DNA from: Oscillospiraceae bacterium
GTDB taxonomy: Bacteria; Bacillota; Clostridia; Saccharofermentanales; Fastidiosipilaceae
Reading direction: 5' to 3'
Length of the DNA: 64,000 nucleotides
NCBI GenBank assembly: GCA_029983685.1
Contig: JASBZA010000005.1
Span: 16,798-80,797, forward strand
Shown here: positions 26,868-37,434 of the stretch, one piece after another
Layout: every line of letters starts with the position of its first letter
Position numbering within the stretch: the first letter of the stretch is position 1
Notes under the pieces: generated by a model
Told to the model about the DNA's origin: nothing
The model's input: the letters and a program-made list of their open reading frames with translations, nothing else
Databases searched by the model: none
Made by a program: the position numbers and the translations under genes

Positions 26868-28934
26868 TTACTTCGAAACAACCTTTTCCTGAATGCTCTT
26901 AGGCACTTGCTCGAAGTGCGATATCTGCATTACGAAGGTACCTCTTCCCTGCGTTCTGGAACGAAGGGCGGTTGCATAGCCGAACATTTCGGCCAAAGGT
27001 ACAAAGGCGGTAATCTTCTGAGCACCGGAGACAGCCAGCATGCCGTCGATACGTCCGCGGCGAGAATTGATGTCACCGATAACGTCGCCCATGTATTCTT
27101 CGGGGACGGTGATGTCTACCAGCATAATAGGCTCAAGTAAGACAGAATCAGCTTTACGCATACCTTCTTTGAAACCCATAGAACCGGCAATCTTAAAGGC
27201 CATTTCCGAAGAGTCGACATCGTGGTAAGAACCATCTACGAGGTTTACTCTGACGTCCACAACCGGGTAACCGGCCACAACACCGGCCTGCATGGCTTCC
27301 TGAATACCTTGGTTCGTCGGCTCGACGAATTCCTTAGGTACGGAACCACCGACTGTATTGTTATTGAATTCATATCCGGTACCGGGCTCCATAGGCTCGA
27401 GTTCTAGGATAACGTGACCGTATTGACCACGACCGCCGGACTGACGGATGAATTTACCTTCGGCCTTGACAGGCTTGGTGATGGTTTCTTTATAGGCAAC
27501 CTGAGGTGCACCGACATTGGCCTCTACCTTAAACTCACGGAAGAGACGGTCCACGATAATATCCAAGTGGAGCTCGCCCATACCGGAGATAATGGTCTGA
27601 CCGGTTTCTTCATCGGTGTGTGTCCTAAAGGTCGGATCTTCTTCCGCCAACTTCATCAGGGCAATCATCATCTTGTCCTGAGAAGCCTTGGACTTAGGCT
27701 CGATAGCAACACTGATAACAGGCTCGGGGAATTCCATAGATTCCAAAATAATCGGATGATCACCGTCGCAAAGCGTGTCACCTGTGGTTGTATTCTTAAG
27801 GCCTACAGCAGCGGCAATATCACCGGCATAGACTTTCTCAACCTCTTCTCTGTGGTTAGCGTGCATGAGCAAGATACGGCCCATACGCTCTCTTTGTCCC
27901 TTGGTAGAGTTCTCAACATAAGAACCGGCTTCCAAGACACCGGAGTAAACTCTGAAGAAGGCTAACTTACCGACATAGGGGTCTGTTACAATCTTAAAGG
28001 CCAAAGCCGAGAAAGGCTCATCATCGGAAGCTTTACGAATATCCTCTTCTCCGGTCTCGACATCCACACCCTTAATAGGAGGAATATCCAGAGGAGAAGG
28101 CATGTAGTTGACAATAGCATCCAACATAAGCTGTACACCCTTATTCTTATAAGAAGAGCCGCAGCAAACGGGGATAATATCGACATTAACCGTAGCTTCA
28201 CGCAAGGCAGCCTTGAGCTCATCGACGGTAATCTCTTCACCTTCCAGGTATTTCATGGTGAGGTCTTCGTTGGTCTCGGCAATCGCTTCAACCATCTTGT
28301 CACGCCATTCCTGAGCCAATTCCTTGTACTCATCGGGAATTTCTCTGGCTTCGTACTGGGTACCCATTTCATCCAGATAGACTTCGGCTTCCATCGCAAC
28401 TAAGTCAATGATTCCGTCGAAGCTTTCTTCTTTACCGATAGGAATCTGGATAGGCACAGCATTAGCCTTGAGACGGTCTTTAATAGTCTGGACAGAGTAG
28501 AAAAAATCTGCTCCGGTTACGTCCATCTTATTAATATAGACCAGGCGGGGGACCTTATAATGATCGGCTTGACGCCAAACGGTTTCAGTCTGAGGCTCAA
28601 CACCGCTCTTGGCATCCAACAAGGTAACCGCACCGTCCAAAACTCTAAGTGAGCGCTCTACTTCAACAGTAAAGTCAACGTGTCCCGGTGTATCAATGAT
28701 GTTGATTCTGTGTCCCTTCCACTGAGCAGTCGTAGCGGCAGAGGTAATAGTAATACCACGCTCTTGCTCCTGCTGCATGTAGTCCATGGTAGCACCGCCA
28801 TCATGGGTCTCACCGATTTTATGAATCTTACCTGTATAGTAAAGAATTCTCTCAGTAGTGGTCGTCTTACCGGCATCGATGTGAGCCATGATACCGATAT
28901 TTCTGGTGTTTTCTAATGAGAAATCTCTAGGCAT
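26868..28934 (-). CDS. fusA: Elongation factor G
   Basis: [20 protein letters not shown] and NKMD motifs, with all five EF-G domains. Confidence 0.97.
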   Translation of the reverse strand: MPRDFSLENTRNIGIMAHIDAGKTTTTERILYYTGKIHKIGETHDGGATMDYMQQEQERGITITSAATTAQWKGHRINIIDTPGHVDFTVEVERSLRVLDGAVTLLDAKSGVEPQTETVWRQADHYKVPRLVYINKMDVTGADFFYSVQTIKDRLKANAVPIQIPIGKEESFDGIIDLVAMEAEVYLDEMGTQYEAREIPDEYKELAQEWRDKMVEAIAETNEDLTMKYLEGEEITVDELKAALREATVNVDIIPVCCGSSYKNKGVQLMLDAIVNYMPSPLDIPPIKGVDVETGEEDIRKASDDEPFSALAFKIVTDPYVGKLAFFRVYSGVLEAGSYVENSTKGQRERMGRILLMHANHREEVEKVYAGDIAAAVGLKNTTTGDTLCDGDHPIILESMEFPEPVISVAIEPKSKASQDKMMIALMKLAEEDPTFRTHTDEETGQTIISGMGELHLDIIVDRLFREFKVEANVGAPQVAYKETITKPVKAEGKFIRQSGGRGQYGHVILELEPMEPGTGYEFNNNTVGGSVPKEFVEPTNQGIQEAMQAGVVAGYPVVDVRVNLVDGSYHDVDSSEMAFKIAGSMGFKEGMRKADSVLLEPIMLVDITVPEEYMGDVIGDINSRRGRIDGMLAVSGAQKITAFVPLAEMFGYATALRSRTQGRGTFVMQISHFEQVPKSIQEKVVSK

Positions 28935-28956
28935 CGAAACATACTCCTTTCAATCC

Positions 28957-29427
28957 CTACCAGCGGAAGTGTGCGAAAGCACGGTTAGCTTCAGCCATAC
29001 GGTGCATTTCTTCTTTACGTCTGAAAGCGCCGCCGGTCTCATTCATAGCATCAATGAGTTCGTTGGCCAGACGCTCCTTCATGGTCTTCTCGCTTCTGGT
29101 ACGGGAATACTGGGTAATCCAACGCAATGCCAAAGTTTGGCGGCGTTCGGGCCTAACTTCAATCGGGACCTGATAGTTGGCACCGCCAACTCTTCTGGCC
29201 TTAACTTCAAGCATAGGCATGACATTTTCCAGTGCTTTTTCAAATACTTCTAAGCCATCCATGTCGGTCTTCTCTTTGATAATGTCAAAGGCACCATACA
29301 CGATGGACTGGGCTAATCCCTTTTTTCCGTCTAACATGATGTTGTTAATGAGCTTAGATACTCTCACATCATGATATACCGGATCAGGGAGAACTTCTCT
29401 TTTTGGGACGTGTCCTTTACGTGGCAC
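28957..29427 (-). CDS. rpsG: 30S ribosomal protein S7
   Basis: (M)[17 protein letters not shown]... The track ORF extends to 29478. However, a GTG at 29427 preceded by GGAGGGAAG gives the canonical 156-aa protein. Confidence 0.95.
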   Translation of the reverse strand: MPRKGHVPKREVLPDPVYHDVRVSKLINNIMLDGKKGLAQSIVYGAFDIIKEKTDMDGLEVFEKALENVMPMLEVKARRVGGANYQVPIEVRPERRQTLALRWITQYSRTRSEKTMKERLANELIDAMNETGGAFRRKEEMHRMAEANRAFAHFRW

Positions 29428-29580
29428 TAGTCTTCCCTCCTTTTCATGATAAAACCGGGCATATATTGCCCCTATCACAGGTACTCATGGCTCTTCTAAA
29501 GCCTTGTCAGTGCTCATTGTCCGCCTACAAAATTATTTGTTCTAGACAAGATGTACTGAGCAAATGAGTTCAACCTGATC

Positions 29581-30009
29581 CTACTTCTTGACCTTAGCAG
29601 CCTTAGGTTTCTTAGCTCCGTACTTGGAACGGCCTTGCATACGATCTTGTACACCGGCTGTATCCAAAGTTCCTCTCACAACGTGGTAACGAACACCGGG
29701 CAAGTCCTTAACCCTACCGCCACGGATAAGCACAACACTGTGTTCTTGCAGGTTGTGGCCGATACCGGGGATATAGGCCGTAACTTCCATACCCGAGGTG
29801 AGGCGGACACGGGCGACCTTACGCATAGCCGAGTTAGGCTTCTTAGGCGTAGTGGTCTTCACAACGGTACAAACGCCGCGCTTCTGCGGAGAGTTTACGT
29901 GTGTCGTACGCTTTTTCAAGGTATTCATGTTCACATGTAAGGCCGGAGACTTAGACTTTTCTTGCTTTGTCTTACGCCCTTGCTTGACGAGTTGGTTGAA
30001 CGTTGGCAT
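29581..30009 (-). CDS. rpsL: 30S ribosomal protein S12
   Basis: [12 protein letters not shown]...[16 protein letters not shown]...[16 protein letters not shown]. The ATG at 30009 is preceded by GGAGGTG (the track starts at the TTG one codon earlier). Confidence 0.95.
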   Translation of the reverse strand: MPTFNQLVKQGRKTKQEKSKSPALHVNMNTLKKRTTHVNSPQKRGVCTVVKTTTPKKPNSAMRKVARVRLTSGMEVTAYIPGIGHNLQEHSVVLIRGGRVKDLPGVRYHVVRGTLDTAGVQDRMQGRSKYGAKKPKAAKVKK

Positions 30010-30113
30010 CAATACACCTCCTTCCCTAATACTTCATTTTATTCCGTAGTCACAGGCAAAAGGGCACAAGTGTCCTACTTGCGACATACTGACCGATTAT
30101 AGCAGTTTTTTTC

Positions 30114-31403
30114 TTAGGGTGCAAGTCGCTCTTGACCGCCCATATACTTCCTAAGCACTTCGGGAATAATGACACTTCCGTCCGCCTGTTGGTTTTGCTC
30201 TAAGATAGCGGGAATCACTCTGGACGTGGCCAAACCCGAAGCATTTAAGGTGTGAACATAGTAGGTCTTATTATCATCGGCCTTTCTATAGCGCATATTG
30301 CCTCTTCTGGCCTGGTAGTCTTTGGCATTAGAAGCCGAGCTCACTTCCTTAAAATCATTCATGCTGGGGATCCAGACTTCAATATCCCAAGTTTTGGCCA
30401 TAGAAGCCGAACAGTCACCGGCTGCCAGACGGGATAAGCGATAATGAAGGCCCAGTCCCTCGACCAGCTTACAGGCCTTGCCGACTAATTCCGCAAAAGC
30501 CTTGGGGGAATCCTCGGGCGTGGTGTACTGGAACATTTCGACTTTATTAAACTGATGGCCTCTGATCATGCCTCTTTCTTCGGCCCGATAAGAACCCGCC
30601 TCTTTACGATAGCAAGGTGAATAGGCAAAGAACTTCTTCGGCAAGTCTTTCTCTTCCAAAATTTCATCGCGGTAAAGATTTACTAAGGCGGTTTCGGCCG
30701 TGGGCAGGATAAACTGCATATTCTGCTTCAAGGTCTCCTCTTCGGTCTCAAACCAGTAGACATCTTCTTCAAACTTGGGGAACTGACCTGCGGTAAGGCC
30801 GGATTGGTAATTCAAGATATGGGGTACCAAGAACATCTCATAACCGTCAGCCAAATGGGTGTCGATAAAGTAATTCAGCAAGGCCCATTCCAGTCTGGCT
30901 CCGTCACCTTTATAAATCCAGAAACCGTTTCCGGACAATTTAGCACCGCGCGTGTAATCAATAAGGCCCAGCTTCTCGGCCAAATCCACATGATGGAGCG
31001 GTTCGAAGTCAAACTCGGGCTTAGTGCCGTAAATCTTCTCCACCTGATTATTTTCTTTGCCACCCGCTACAACATCGTCATCCGGCATATTGGGCAGGGC
31101 CAGCAAGAAAATCTCCTGATCTTTGCTAAGCTGGTTCACTTCTTCATCCAAGGTCTTGATGGAATCGGATAATGCCTTCAATTCGGCCAAAACCTCAGTG
31201 GCGTCCTGGCCGGCTTTCTTCAGTTGAGGCACCTGAGCCGACAGCTTGTTACGTTTAGCCTTCATCTGCTCAACTTCGGTGATTTTCTGACGTCTTAACT
31301 GATCTTCTGCCAAAAAGGAGCTAAAATCTATCTCCAAGCCTCTTTTGGCCAGGGCCTGACTTACCAGGTCCGAATCTTTTCTGATTAATTGAATATCTAA
31401 CAT
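30114..31403 (-). CDS. serS: Seryl-tRNA synthetase
   Basis: N-terminal coiled-coil arm and class II motifs (FRKEAGS-like CYRKEAGSY, GLATSR). Confidence 0.95.
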   Translation of the reverse strand: MLDIQLIRKDSDLVSQALAKRGLEIDFSSFLAEDQLRRQKITEVEQMKAKRNKLSAQVPQLKKAGQDATEVLAELKALSDSIKTLDEEVNQLSKDQEIFLLALPNMPDDDVVAGGKENNQVEKIYGTKPEFDFEPLHHVDLAEKLGLIDYTRGAKLSGNGFWIYKGDGARLEWALLNYFIDTHLADGYEMFLVPHILNYQSGLTAGQFPKFEEDVYWFETEEETLKQNMQFILPTAETALVNLYRDEILEEKDLPKKFFAYSPCYRKEAGSYRAEERGMIRGHQFNKVEMFQYTTPEDSPKAFAELVGKACKLVEGLGLHYRLSRLAAGDCSASMAKTWDIEVWIPSMNDFKEVSSASNAKDYQARRGNMRYRKADDNKTYYVHTLNASGLATSRVIPAILEQNQQADGSVIIPEVLRKYMGGQERLAP

Positions 31404-31460
31404 GGCTTTTTTCCTCCTCTTGGGCTGAAATGCTTCGCCAAGTATAGCATAATTGGCAGC

Positions 31461-32147
31461 ATGGATTTACGATTAGTCATTTTTGATATGGATGGTTTAT
31501 TGGTTGATACCGAGCGTATCGCCAGAGAAGCTTTTTTCGAGATTGCCGCGAAGATGGACCTGCCCCTGGAAGACTGGCATTTCCAATCCGTCTTAGGTGT
31601 GAATCGGAGGATGGAAGCAATGAAGTTTCGCTCCTACTTCCCCGATTTAGATTTTGATTTCTATATTAATGAGGTTATTAAGCGGCAAAACGAAATTAAA
31701 GAGACAAGGGGTATCCCGGTCAAAAAGGGAGCCTTCCGTTTACTGGAATTTTTGAAAGAACAAAAAATTCCCGCCGTTGTGGCCAGTTCAACTGAAAGAC
31801 CCATGGTCCTTAAAATTCTGGAAAAGACCGGACTTCTACCTTATTTTATTGGCTTTGCCTGCGGTGACCAGGTCACACACTCTAAACCGGATCCGGAAAT
31901 TTTCCATCTGGCTATTAAGGAAGCCACTGCTTATATCGAAAGCTCGGAAGCTAAAAACTATCCTCTTCCGACACCTCAAACCGCCCTGGTCCTGGAAGAT
32001 TCACACCAGGGCATTAAGGCAGCCAACCGGGCGGATATCCCGGTCATCATGGTGCCGGACCTATTAGAGCCGGACGGAGAGGGTAAACTTTTGGCCTGCC
32101 TGGATGATTTAGACCAGGTCAAGGCCTATTTAGAAAAACTAGTTTAA
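31461..32147 (+). CDS. HAD-superfamily hydrolase (beta-phosphoglucomutase-like phosphatase subfamily)
   Basis: Motif I VIFDMDGLLVDTE, motif II VASST, and motif III/IV K...EDSHQGIKAA. Confidence 0.8.
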   Translation: MDLRLVIFDMDGLLVDTERIAREAFFEIAAKMDLPLEDWHFQSVLGVNRRMEAMKFRSYFPDLDFDFYINEVIKRQNEIKETRGIPVKKGAFRLLEFLKEQKIPAVVASSTERPMVLKILEKTGLLPYFIGFACGDQVTHSKPDPEIFHLAIKEATAYIESSEAKNYPLPTPQTALVLEDSHQGIKAANRADIPVIMVPDLLEPDGEGKLLACLDDLDQVKAYLEKLV

Positions 32148-32633
32148 ACCTCTTAAATGCCCTTCTGTTCCCAATCCTCGGAAATTCTGCTGCCTTGCAT
32201 ATTCATAAGCGACAATGGCGACAGAGTTAGACAGGTTTAAAGACCTGGTCCCTTCAATCATGGGAATGCGAATCATGCGTTCGGGATGGGCCAAAAGCAA
32301 GGGTTCAGGTAAACCTTTGGTCTCTTTACCGAAAAGAATTAGTGTATCTTCTTTATAAGAAGGCTCGCTGTAGACCTTGGTCCCCTTAGTGGACGTATAG
32401 TAAATAGCATAATGAACCTTTTCTTTCAGGAGGTCTTCCACATTGTCCCAAAGATACAAGTCGGTCATGTTGTACCAGTAATCTAAGCCCGACCTTTTCA
32501 GATAACGATCTTCCAGGCTAAAACCCAACTTACCGACCAGGTGTAAACTCGCCCCCAAGGCTACACACGTTCTAATAATATTTCCGGTATTCTGCGGAAT
32601 CTCCGGTTCAACTAAAGCTATTTCCAATCCCAT
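32139..32633 (-). CDS. trmL: tRNA (cytidine/uridine-2'-O)-methyltransferase TrmL (SpoU/TrmH family)
   Basis: LVEPEIPQNTGNIIRTC at the N-terminus, the knot region IPM.....SLNLSNSVAIV, and a size of about 160 aa. Confidence 0.85.
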   Translation of the reverse strand: MGLEIALVEPEIPQNTGNIIRTCVALGASLHLVGKLGFSLEDRYLKRSGLDYWYNMTDLYLWDNVEDLLKEKVHYAIYYTSTKGTKVYSEPSYKEDTLILFGKETKGLPEPLLLAHPERMIRIPMIEGTRSLNLSNSVAIVAYEYARQQNFRGLGTEGHLRGLN

Positions 32634-33568
32634 TATTTGATCTCCTCTAAGAGTTCTTTGGCCAAAGTCTCTAACTTACCCAAACGATGATAGACACCTG
32701 ATTTACCGATAGGAGGTACCAAAAGATCTCCTAGTTCTCTAAGCGAGTAACCCGGATTTTCAAAGCGTACCCTGGCCACCTCTTGTAACTCGTCAGGAAG
32801 CGTATCTAGTAAATCTTTATCATCCAGTGCTTTAATAATAGCAATCTGCCGGGCTGCGCTCTCGGCAATACGTCCCATATTGGCCGTATCAAAATTCACC
32901 GTCCGGTTGACCTGCTCATTCATATTTTTTCGGACACGGACACTTTCGAAATCCAAATAGGATTTGTTAGCACCGGTCTCGGCCAAAAAATTCGCAATAC
33001 AGTCGCCGTTTTTTATGTACAAGATAGAGCCCGTAAAAGACGCTTGGACAAAATTGCTGATATTAGCCAAGTCCAAAAGATCTTGGCAAAAAGCTAAAAC
33101 CTGGGGTCTTCTAAAAGACAAGGCAATCTGGTAAGACTTTTCCGGTACGGCCATGGATCCCACGGCCAAAAAAACGGCACGCAAGAGGCACATTCTTTCT
33201 TCTTCTTCGAAGTTTTCAGCCTGCTCTGTCACATTGGCCCGCAAAAATTCATAGCCTAAGGTGTCTTCCAGATTTTCTCTAAGGCTTGCCACCATATCCG
33301 GCTTATCAGTCTTCCAGGTATAAAAGTTCTTATTAACTTGAATATCGCCCGCTTCACCGGTCAGGCCCTTGGCCACCTGGTCGATGGTTTCAATAAAGGG
33401 ACGGTGTTGGCTTTTAACGGTGATTTCTTTGGACATAAAGGTCGCCGAAGAAGCCAATACCATGCCCAACCACAAATCGGCAATAAAAGAATCTTCTAAG
33501 AGCCCCTTCTCTTTTTCCAATTCCAGGAACTCTTCTTTTACTTGATAAGAAAAACTGCCGGGTCGCAT
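32633..33568 (-). CDS. whiA: DNA-binding protein WhiA
   Basis: N-terminal SYQVKEE, a LAGLIDADG-like middle region, and a C-terminal HTH (LRELGDLLVPPIGKSGVYHRL). Confidence 0.9.
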   Translation of the reverse strand: MRPGSFSYQVKEEFLELEKEKGLLEDSFIADLWLGMVLASSATFMSKEITVKSQHRPFIETIDQVAKGLTGEAGDIQVNKNFYTWKTDKPDMVASLRENLEDTLGYEFLRANVTEQAENFEEEERMCLLRAVFLAVGSMAVPEKSYQIALSFRRPQVLAFCQDLLDLANISNFVQASFTGSILYIKNGDCIANFLAETGANKSYLDFESVRVRKNMNEQVNRTVNFDTANMGRIAESAARQIAIIKALDDKDLLDTLPDELQEVARVRFENPGYSLRELGDLLVPPIGKSGVYHRLGKLETLAKELLEEIK

Positions 33569-33570
33569 GG

Positions 33571-34470
33571 CTAAGCGTCCCTCGTTTTCTGTAAATCTTT
33601 GGCAATATCGCGGTGGACTAAGGTAACCCTATAGCCTGCCTCACGTAAACTCCGGCTTAAGTCTTCCGCCAAAAGAACCGACCGATGTCGACCACCCGTA
33701 CAGCCTACCCCTATGGTAAAGGTAAATTTGCCTTCCCTTATATAGTAAGGCAAAAGATATAAGAACAGGTCTAACTGCTTGTCCATAAAAATCCGGGTCT
33801 CCGGGAAGTGGTAGACATAGTCTCGGATCTCCCGGTCCTGGCCGCTTAAAGGCCTCAGAGCATCTACATAATATGGATTGGGTAAAAAGCGGACATCTAC
33901 AACCGAGTCACAATCTTCGGGCATACCGTATTTGAAGCCGAACGATTGCACGACGATAGAGAGCTTTTGGCTGGGATCGGCCTGGTCGTCTCTGTGGATA
34001 TATTGAAAAACCTTATCGGCCAAATCTTTGGGCGACAAATAGTCGGTTTTTATGCGCTGGTCCGCTTGTTCTAAAAGCGGCTCTAGGAGTTCTCGTTCAC
34101 GCCGGATGCCTTGGGCTAGGCTCTGGTCTTTAGCCAAGGGATGGTTTCTCCTGGACTGCTTATAACGACTCATGATGGCATCGTCCGAAGCTTCCAAAAA
34201 TAGAATTTTATAGCTGATGCCGTTTTCTTGGAGCTGTTTAAGGCTCTGTGCAAAACCTGAGAAATACTCTTTGGACCGGCTGTCGACCACTATGGCCAAA
34301 GGCCCCACGCCCAAACCTTCGTTTTGCTTATTGGCTACCAGCTTGCTGACCAAGTCTCCTACCAGGTGGGCCGGCAAATTATCTATACAAAAATACCCGT
34401 AATCTTCCAGACTGTTGGCGACAACACTCTTTCCCGACCCGGACATACCGGTAACAATTAAGACATCCAT
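33571..34470 (-). CDS. rapZ: RNase adapter protein RapZ (YvcJ)
   Basis: IVTGMSGSGKSVVANSLEDYGYFCIDNLP, and the C-terminal GCTGGRHRSV. Confidence 0.9.
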   Translation of the reverse strand: MDVLIVTGMSGSGKSVVANSLEDYGYFCIDNLPAHLVGDLVSKLVANKQNEGLGVGPLAIVVDSRSKEYFSGFAQSLKQLQENGISYKILFLEASDDAIMSRYKQSRRNHPLAKDQSLAQGIRRERELLEPLLEQADQRIKTDYLSPKDLADKVFQYIHRDDQADPSQKLSIVVQSFGFKYGMPEDCDSVVDVRFLPNPYYVDALRPLSGQDREIRDYVYHFPETRIFMDKQLDLFLYLLPYYIREGKFTFTIGVGCTGGRHRSVLLAEDLSRSLREAGYRVTLVHRDIAKDLQKTRDA

Positions 34471-35459
34471 TAATAATCTCCGATCCGACGCACTTCGGTC
34501 TCTAAGCGTACTCCGAATCTATTATAGATTTCGTCTTGGATAAAATGGATGAGGTCTAAAACATTTTGAGCCGTGGCGCCGCCCTGATTGACAATAAAGC
34601 CCGCATGTTTCAAAGATACCTGGGCACCGCCTATGGCTTTGCCTTTCAATCCGGCATCGGTGATAAGTTTGCCAACATAGTGGCCTTCAGGTCTTTTGAA
34701 AACCGAACCGCAACTGGGCATATCTAAAGGCTGAGAATGCTCTCGCCTAGCCGTATAGTCGTTAACACGATCTTTTATAATCTGAGGATCGTCTTCTTCT
34801 AAAACATAACAGGTCGACAGAATAATTTTCTCCCCCTTCTGAAAAGCCGACATCCTGTAACCGAAACCCTGGTCGGTCCCTTCCAGGGCCTTGATTTTCA
34901 AATCTTCATCTAAGTAGTAGGTTAATTTAGCTACATCCACCGTAGAGCCCTCGTAGGCTCCGGCATTCATGAAAATAGCTCCGCCGACCGATCCGGGGAT
35001 GCCTGTGGCAAACTCCAGTCCAGTCAGGCCCTGAGACGAAGCATAGCGCGACGCCTCAACCATGGAAGCTCCTGATTCAGAATAAAAATAGCCCTTGCCC
35101 CGATGATTCAGCACGGGGCTTTGGTGAAGATGCTTTAAGTTCCAATGGTAATCGTCTTCTCCGGGGAAGTTCCCCAGAAAGCCGAACCGCCCGAAACGCT
35201 CGCCTAAGCTAATAACCAGGCCTCTGATGCCCTTATCCGCTACCAATACATTAGATCCCTTACCTAAGACCAGGTAGGGCATGTTTTTTTCTTTGGCCAC
35301 AGTCAAAAGGTCAATCAAAGCTTCAACCGTAGAAGGTTCGGCAAAATAATCCGCCGGTCCTCCGATCTCGTAAGTGGTGTGCCTTGACATAGGCTCTTGT
35401 TCTAAAACCTTCAGCTTATGTGTCTGTTCAATTGAAGTCCATAAATGATTTGTCATCAT
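34470..35459 (-). CDS. murB: UDP-N-acetylenolpyruvoylglucosamine reductase MurB
   Basis: FAD-binding GGPADYF, GIPGSVGGAIFMNAGAYEG, PSCGSVFKRP and LKHAGFIVN. Confidence 0.9.
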   Translation of the reverse strand: MMTNHLWTSIEQTHKLKVLEQEPMSRHTTYEIGGPADYFAEPSTVEALIDLLTVAKEKNMPYLVLGKGSNVLVADKGIRGLVISLGERFGRFGFLGNFPGEDDYHWNLKHLHQSPVLNHRGKGYFYSESGASMVEASRYASSQGLTGLEFATGIPGSVGGAIFMNAGAYEGSTVDVAKLTYYLDEDLKIKALEGTDQGFGYRMSAFQKGEKIILSTCYVLEEDDPQIIKDRVNDYTARREHSQPLDMPSCGSVFKRPEGHYVGKLITDAGLKGKAIGGAQVSLKHAGFIVNQGGATAQNVLDLIHFIQDEIYNRFGVRLETEVRRIGDY

Positions 35460-35464
35460 ATCTC

Positions 35465-36376
35465 CTAATTGCCGAAAAGGCGCTTGGTCAGCTCTTCGGC
35501 AGCATTGTAACCCATACGGCGCTGGCGGAAGTTAATCGCGGCAACTTCTACAATTATGGCCAAATTTCGGCCCGGCCGAACCGGTATGGTAATCGAGGGC
35601 ACGCGTATACCCAGGATGTCGGTAGTTTCTTCATTAATACCCAAGCGCTCATAGGATTTTCGCTCATCCCAAAGTTCCAGTTTAATAACGAAGTCAATCG
35701 ACTCCTGTTGCTTGATGGAAGAAACACCGAAAAGTTCTTTAACGTCCAAAATACCCAAACCGCGAATCTCGATCAGGTGGCGGATAATCTCCGGCGCCTG
35801 CCCTAAAAGAGTCGTGTCGGACACCCTTCTTACTTCAACCAGGTCGTCGGCTATAAGGCGGTGGCCTCTTTTGACAATTTCCATAGCGGTCTCGGACTTA
35901 CCGACGCCACTTTCGCCCAGCATCAAAATACCTTCACCGTAAATTTCAACCAAAACACCGTGCAAGGTGGTTTCAGGTGCCAGTTCCACATTGAGGTATT
36001 TTATAAGAGCACTCATGAAGACCGAGGTGACCTCGGGTGTTCTCAACAAAGGTACGGAGTAGCGTCTGGAACACTCCAGAAGTTCCGCGAAAGGTTCATG
36101 CTGGCGGGAAATGACCAAACACGGAATGCCTCTGGACATCAACTGGTCCAACTTATACATCCTGTCTTCGGCCGTCTGGGCATCCAAATAAGCCATCTCC
36201 ATATTGCCCAACAGCTGAATACGGTCGGCACCGAAGTGCTCGTATGATCCGGACAGCTGCAGGCCCGGCCTAGTGACATCAGCAACGGAAATCAAGATAT
36301 CTTCGGTATTGCCGAAAGAGGTCAATTCTTCCAGATTAAACTCATCAATGATGTTTTTTAAACTAACAGAAGCCAT
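35465..36376 (-). CDS. hprK: HPr kinase/phosphorylase
   Basis: Walker A GESGVGKSETA, and the signature LIEIRGLGILDV. Confidence 0.95.
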   Translation of the reverse strand: MASVSLKNIIDEFNLEELTSFGNTEDILISVADVTRPGLQLSGSYEHFGADRIQLLGNMEMAYLDAQTAEDRMYKLDQLMSRGIPCLVISRQHEPFAELLECSRRYSVPLLRTPEVTSVFMSALIKYLNVELAPETTLHGVLVEIYGEGILMLGESGVGKSETAMEIVKRGHRLIADDLVEVRRVSDTTLLGQAPEIIRHLIEIRGLGILDVKELFGVSSIKQQESIDFVIKLELWDERKSYERLGINEETTDILGIRVPSITIPVRPGRNLAIIVEVAAINFRQRRMGYNAAEELTKRLFGN

Positions 36377-36379
36377 ATC

Positions 36380-37363
36380 CTAAGCTCCCCCTCCCAGGCC
36401 GAATAAGAATTTTAGCCGATCGTCCAGGTCTAAATCCTGACCGAAAGGTCTGGGCAAGTCTTCCGTAGAGCCGCCCAGTCTCTTAATAGCCGAAATAATT
36501 TCTAAATAAAGACTCCGATCAATCGTTTCGTGATGGTCTTCTATATAAGATCTTAATAAAGGTACAGCACTTAAGGTACCTAAGTCTCCCAAGCAAATGG
36601 TCACCAGCTGCTTATTGGTAAACTTCCTAAAGGCTAAACGAAACACTGGATAAGCTTTTTGCCTTCCGTCGGGCGACTTCTTGGCCAAAACCACCATACC
36701 TTCCAAAAGCCGGTCTAAGCCTCGATCTGAATTCGGATTTTCTTTGATTTCTCTCTCCAGGATAAGGATAAGGTCATCCAGAAGCTCCGGCGGCAAGGCC
36801 TTCACATAAGATGCCACAGCGTCGGAAACTCTTTCGTCCGGCTGTAGGCCTTGCAAGTACCAGTCAATAAGTTCTTCCATAAGATCTACCTTATTGGGGA
36901 TGGCCAAAAGATGCAAAGCCTGCTGGAGAAAAAAGATCTCTTCCAAGCGGTGTTCATCGCTGTCGGATAAGTCGGGTCTTAACTTTAAGACATCATTTAA
37001 GAAAACTTCCTGCTTAGCTTCAGGCAAGGCCGAAAACTTGACTTCAAAAATCTCGGGCAAGGGAAAATCGGATTGCTCCGCCATGCCTTTAAAGAAAAGA
37101 TAAAAATCATCTTCATTTAAAGTCTCTAAATAAGTATCCAAGGAAAGGCCTTGCAAGAGTTCTTGGTCCAGGCTCAGCCAATCGGCCTGAGCTGAAGCGA
37201 AATCCTGTTCCAAGCCCCTGGCAAAGTCTCTTTCGGATAAGTTCTCTTCTTGCTTAGCGTTTAGCAGTTGATCAAATATATGTGAAAAGGCATCATTCAT
37301 CGTACAAGCAAAGTGCCTTCCTAAATCGTAAGCTGTCATCAAATCCTCCTTAGGTTCAGACAT
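36380..37363 (-). CDS. Acidic all-helical hypothetical protein (HEAT/ARM-like C-terminus)
   Basis: 327-aa ORF ending 3 nt before the hprK start. The C-terminus LGDLGTLSAVPLLRSYIED...LEIISAIKRLGG resembles HEAT-like repeats. I did not recognise a family. Confidence 0.55.
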   Translation of the reverse strand: MSEPKEDLMTAYDLGRHFACTMNDAFSHIFDQLLNAKQEENLSERDFARGLEQDFASAQADWLSLDQELLQGLSLDTYLETLNEDDFYLFFKGMAEQSDFPLPEIFEVKFSALPEAKQEVFLNDVLKLRPDLSDSDEHRLEEIFFLQQALHLLAIPNKVDLMEELIDWYLQGLQPDERVSDAVASYVKALPPELLDDLILILEREIKENPNSDRGLDRLLEGMVVLAKKSPDGRQKAYPVFRLAFRKFTNKQLVTICLGDLGTLSAVPLLRSYIEDHHETIDRSLYLEIISAIKRLGGSTEDLPRPFGQDLDLDDRLKFLFGLGGGA

Positions 37364-37434
37364 AGGCTTATTTTAGCATGAAAAGTCAAGATAATAGAAT
37401 ATTCACAAAAAGAGCTGCATTTCTTAAAAACAAA

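Noticed and set aside
31404-31460. Looked for a T-box leader upstream of serS
   Set aside because: Only 57 nt separate serS from the divergent HAD gene. That is far too short for a T-box, and no specifier or antiterminator structure is visible.
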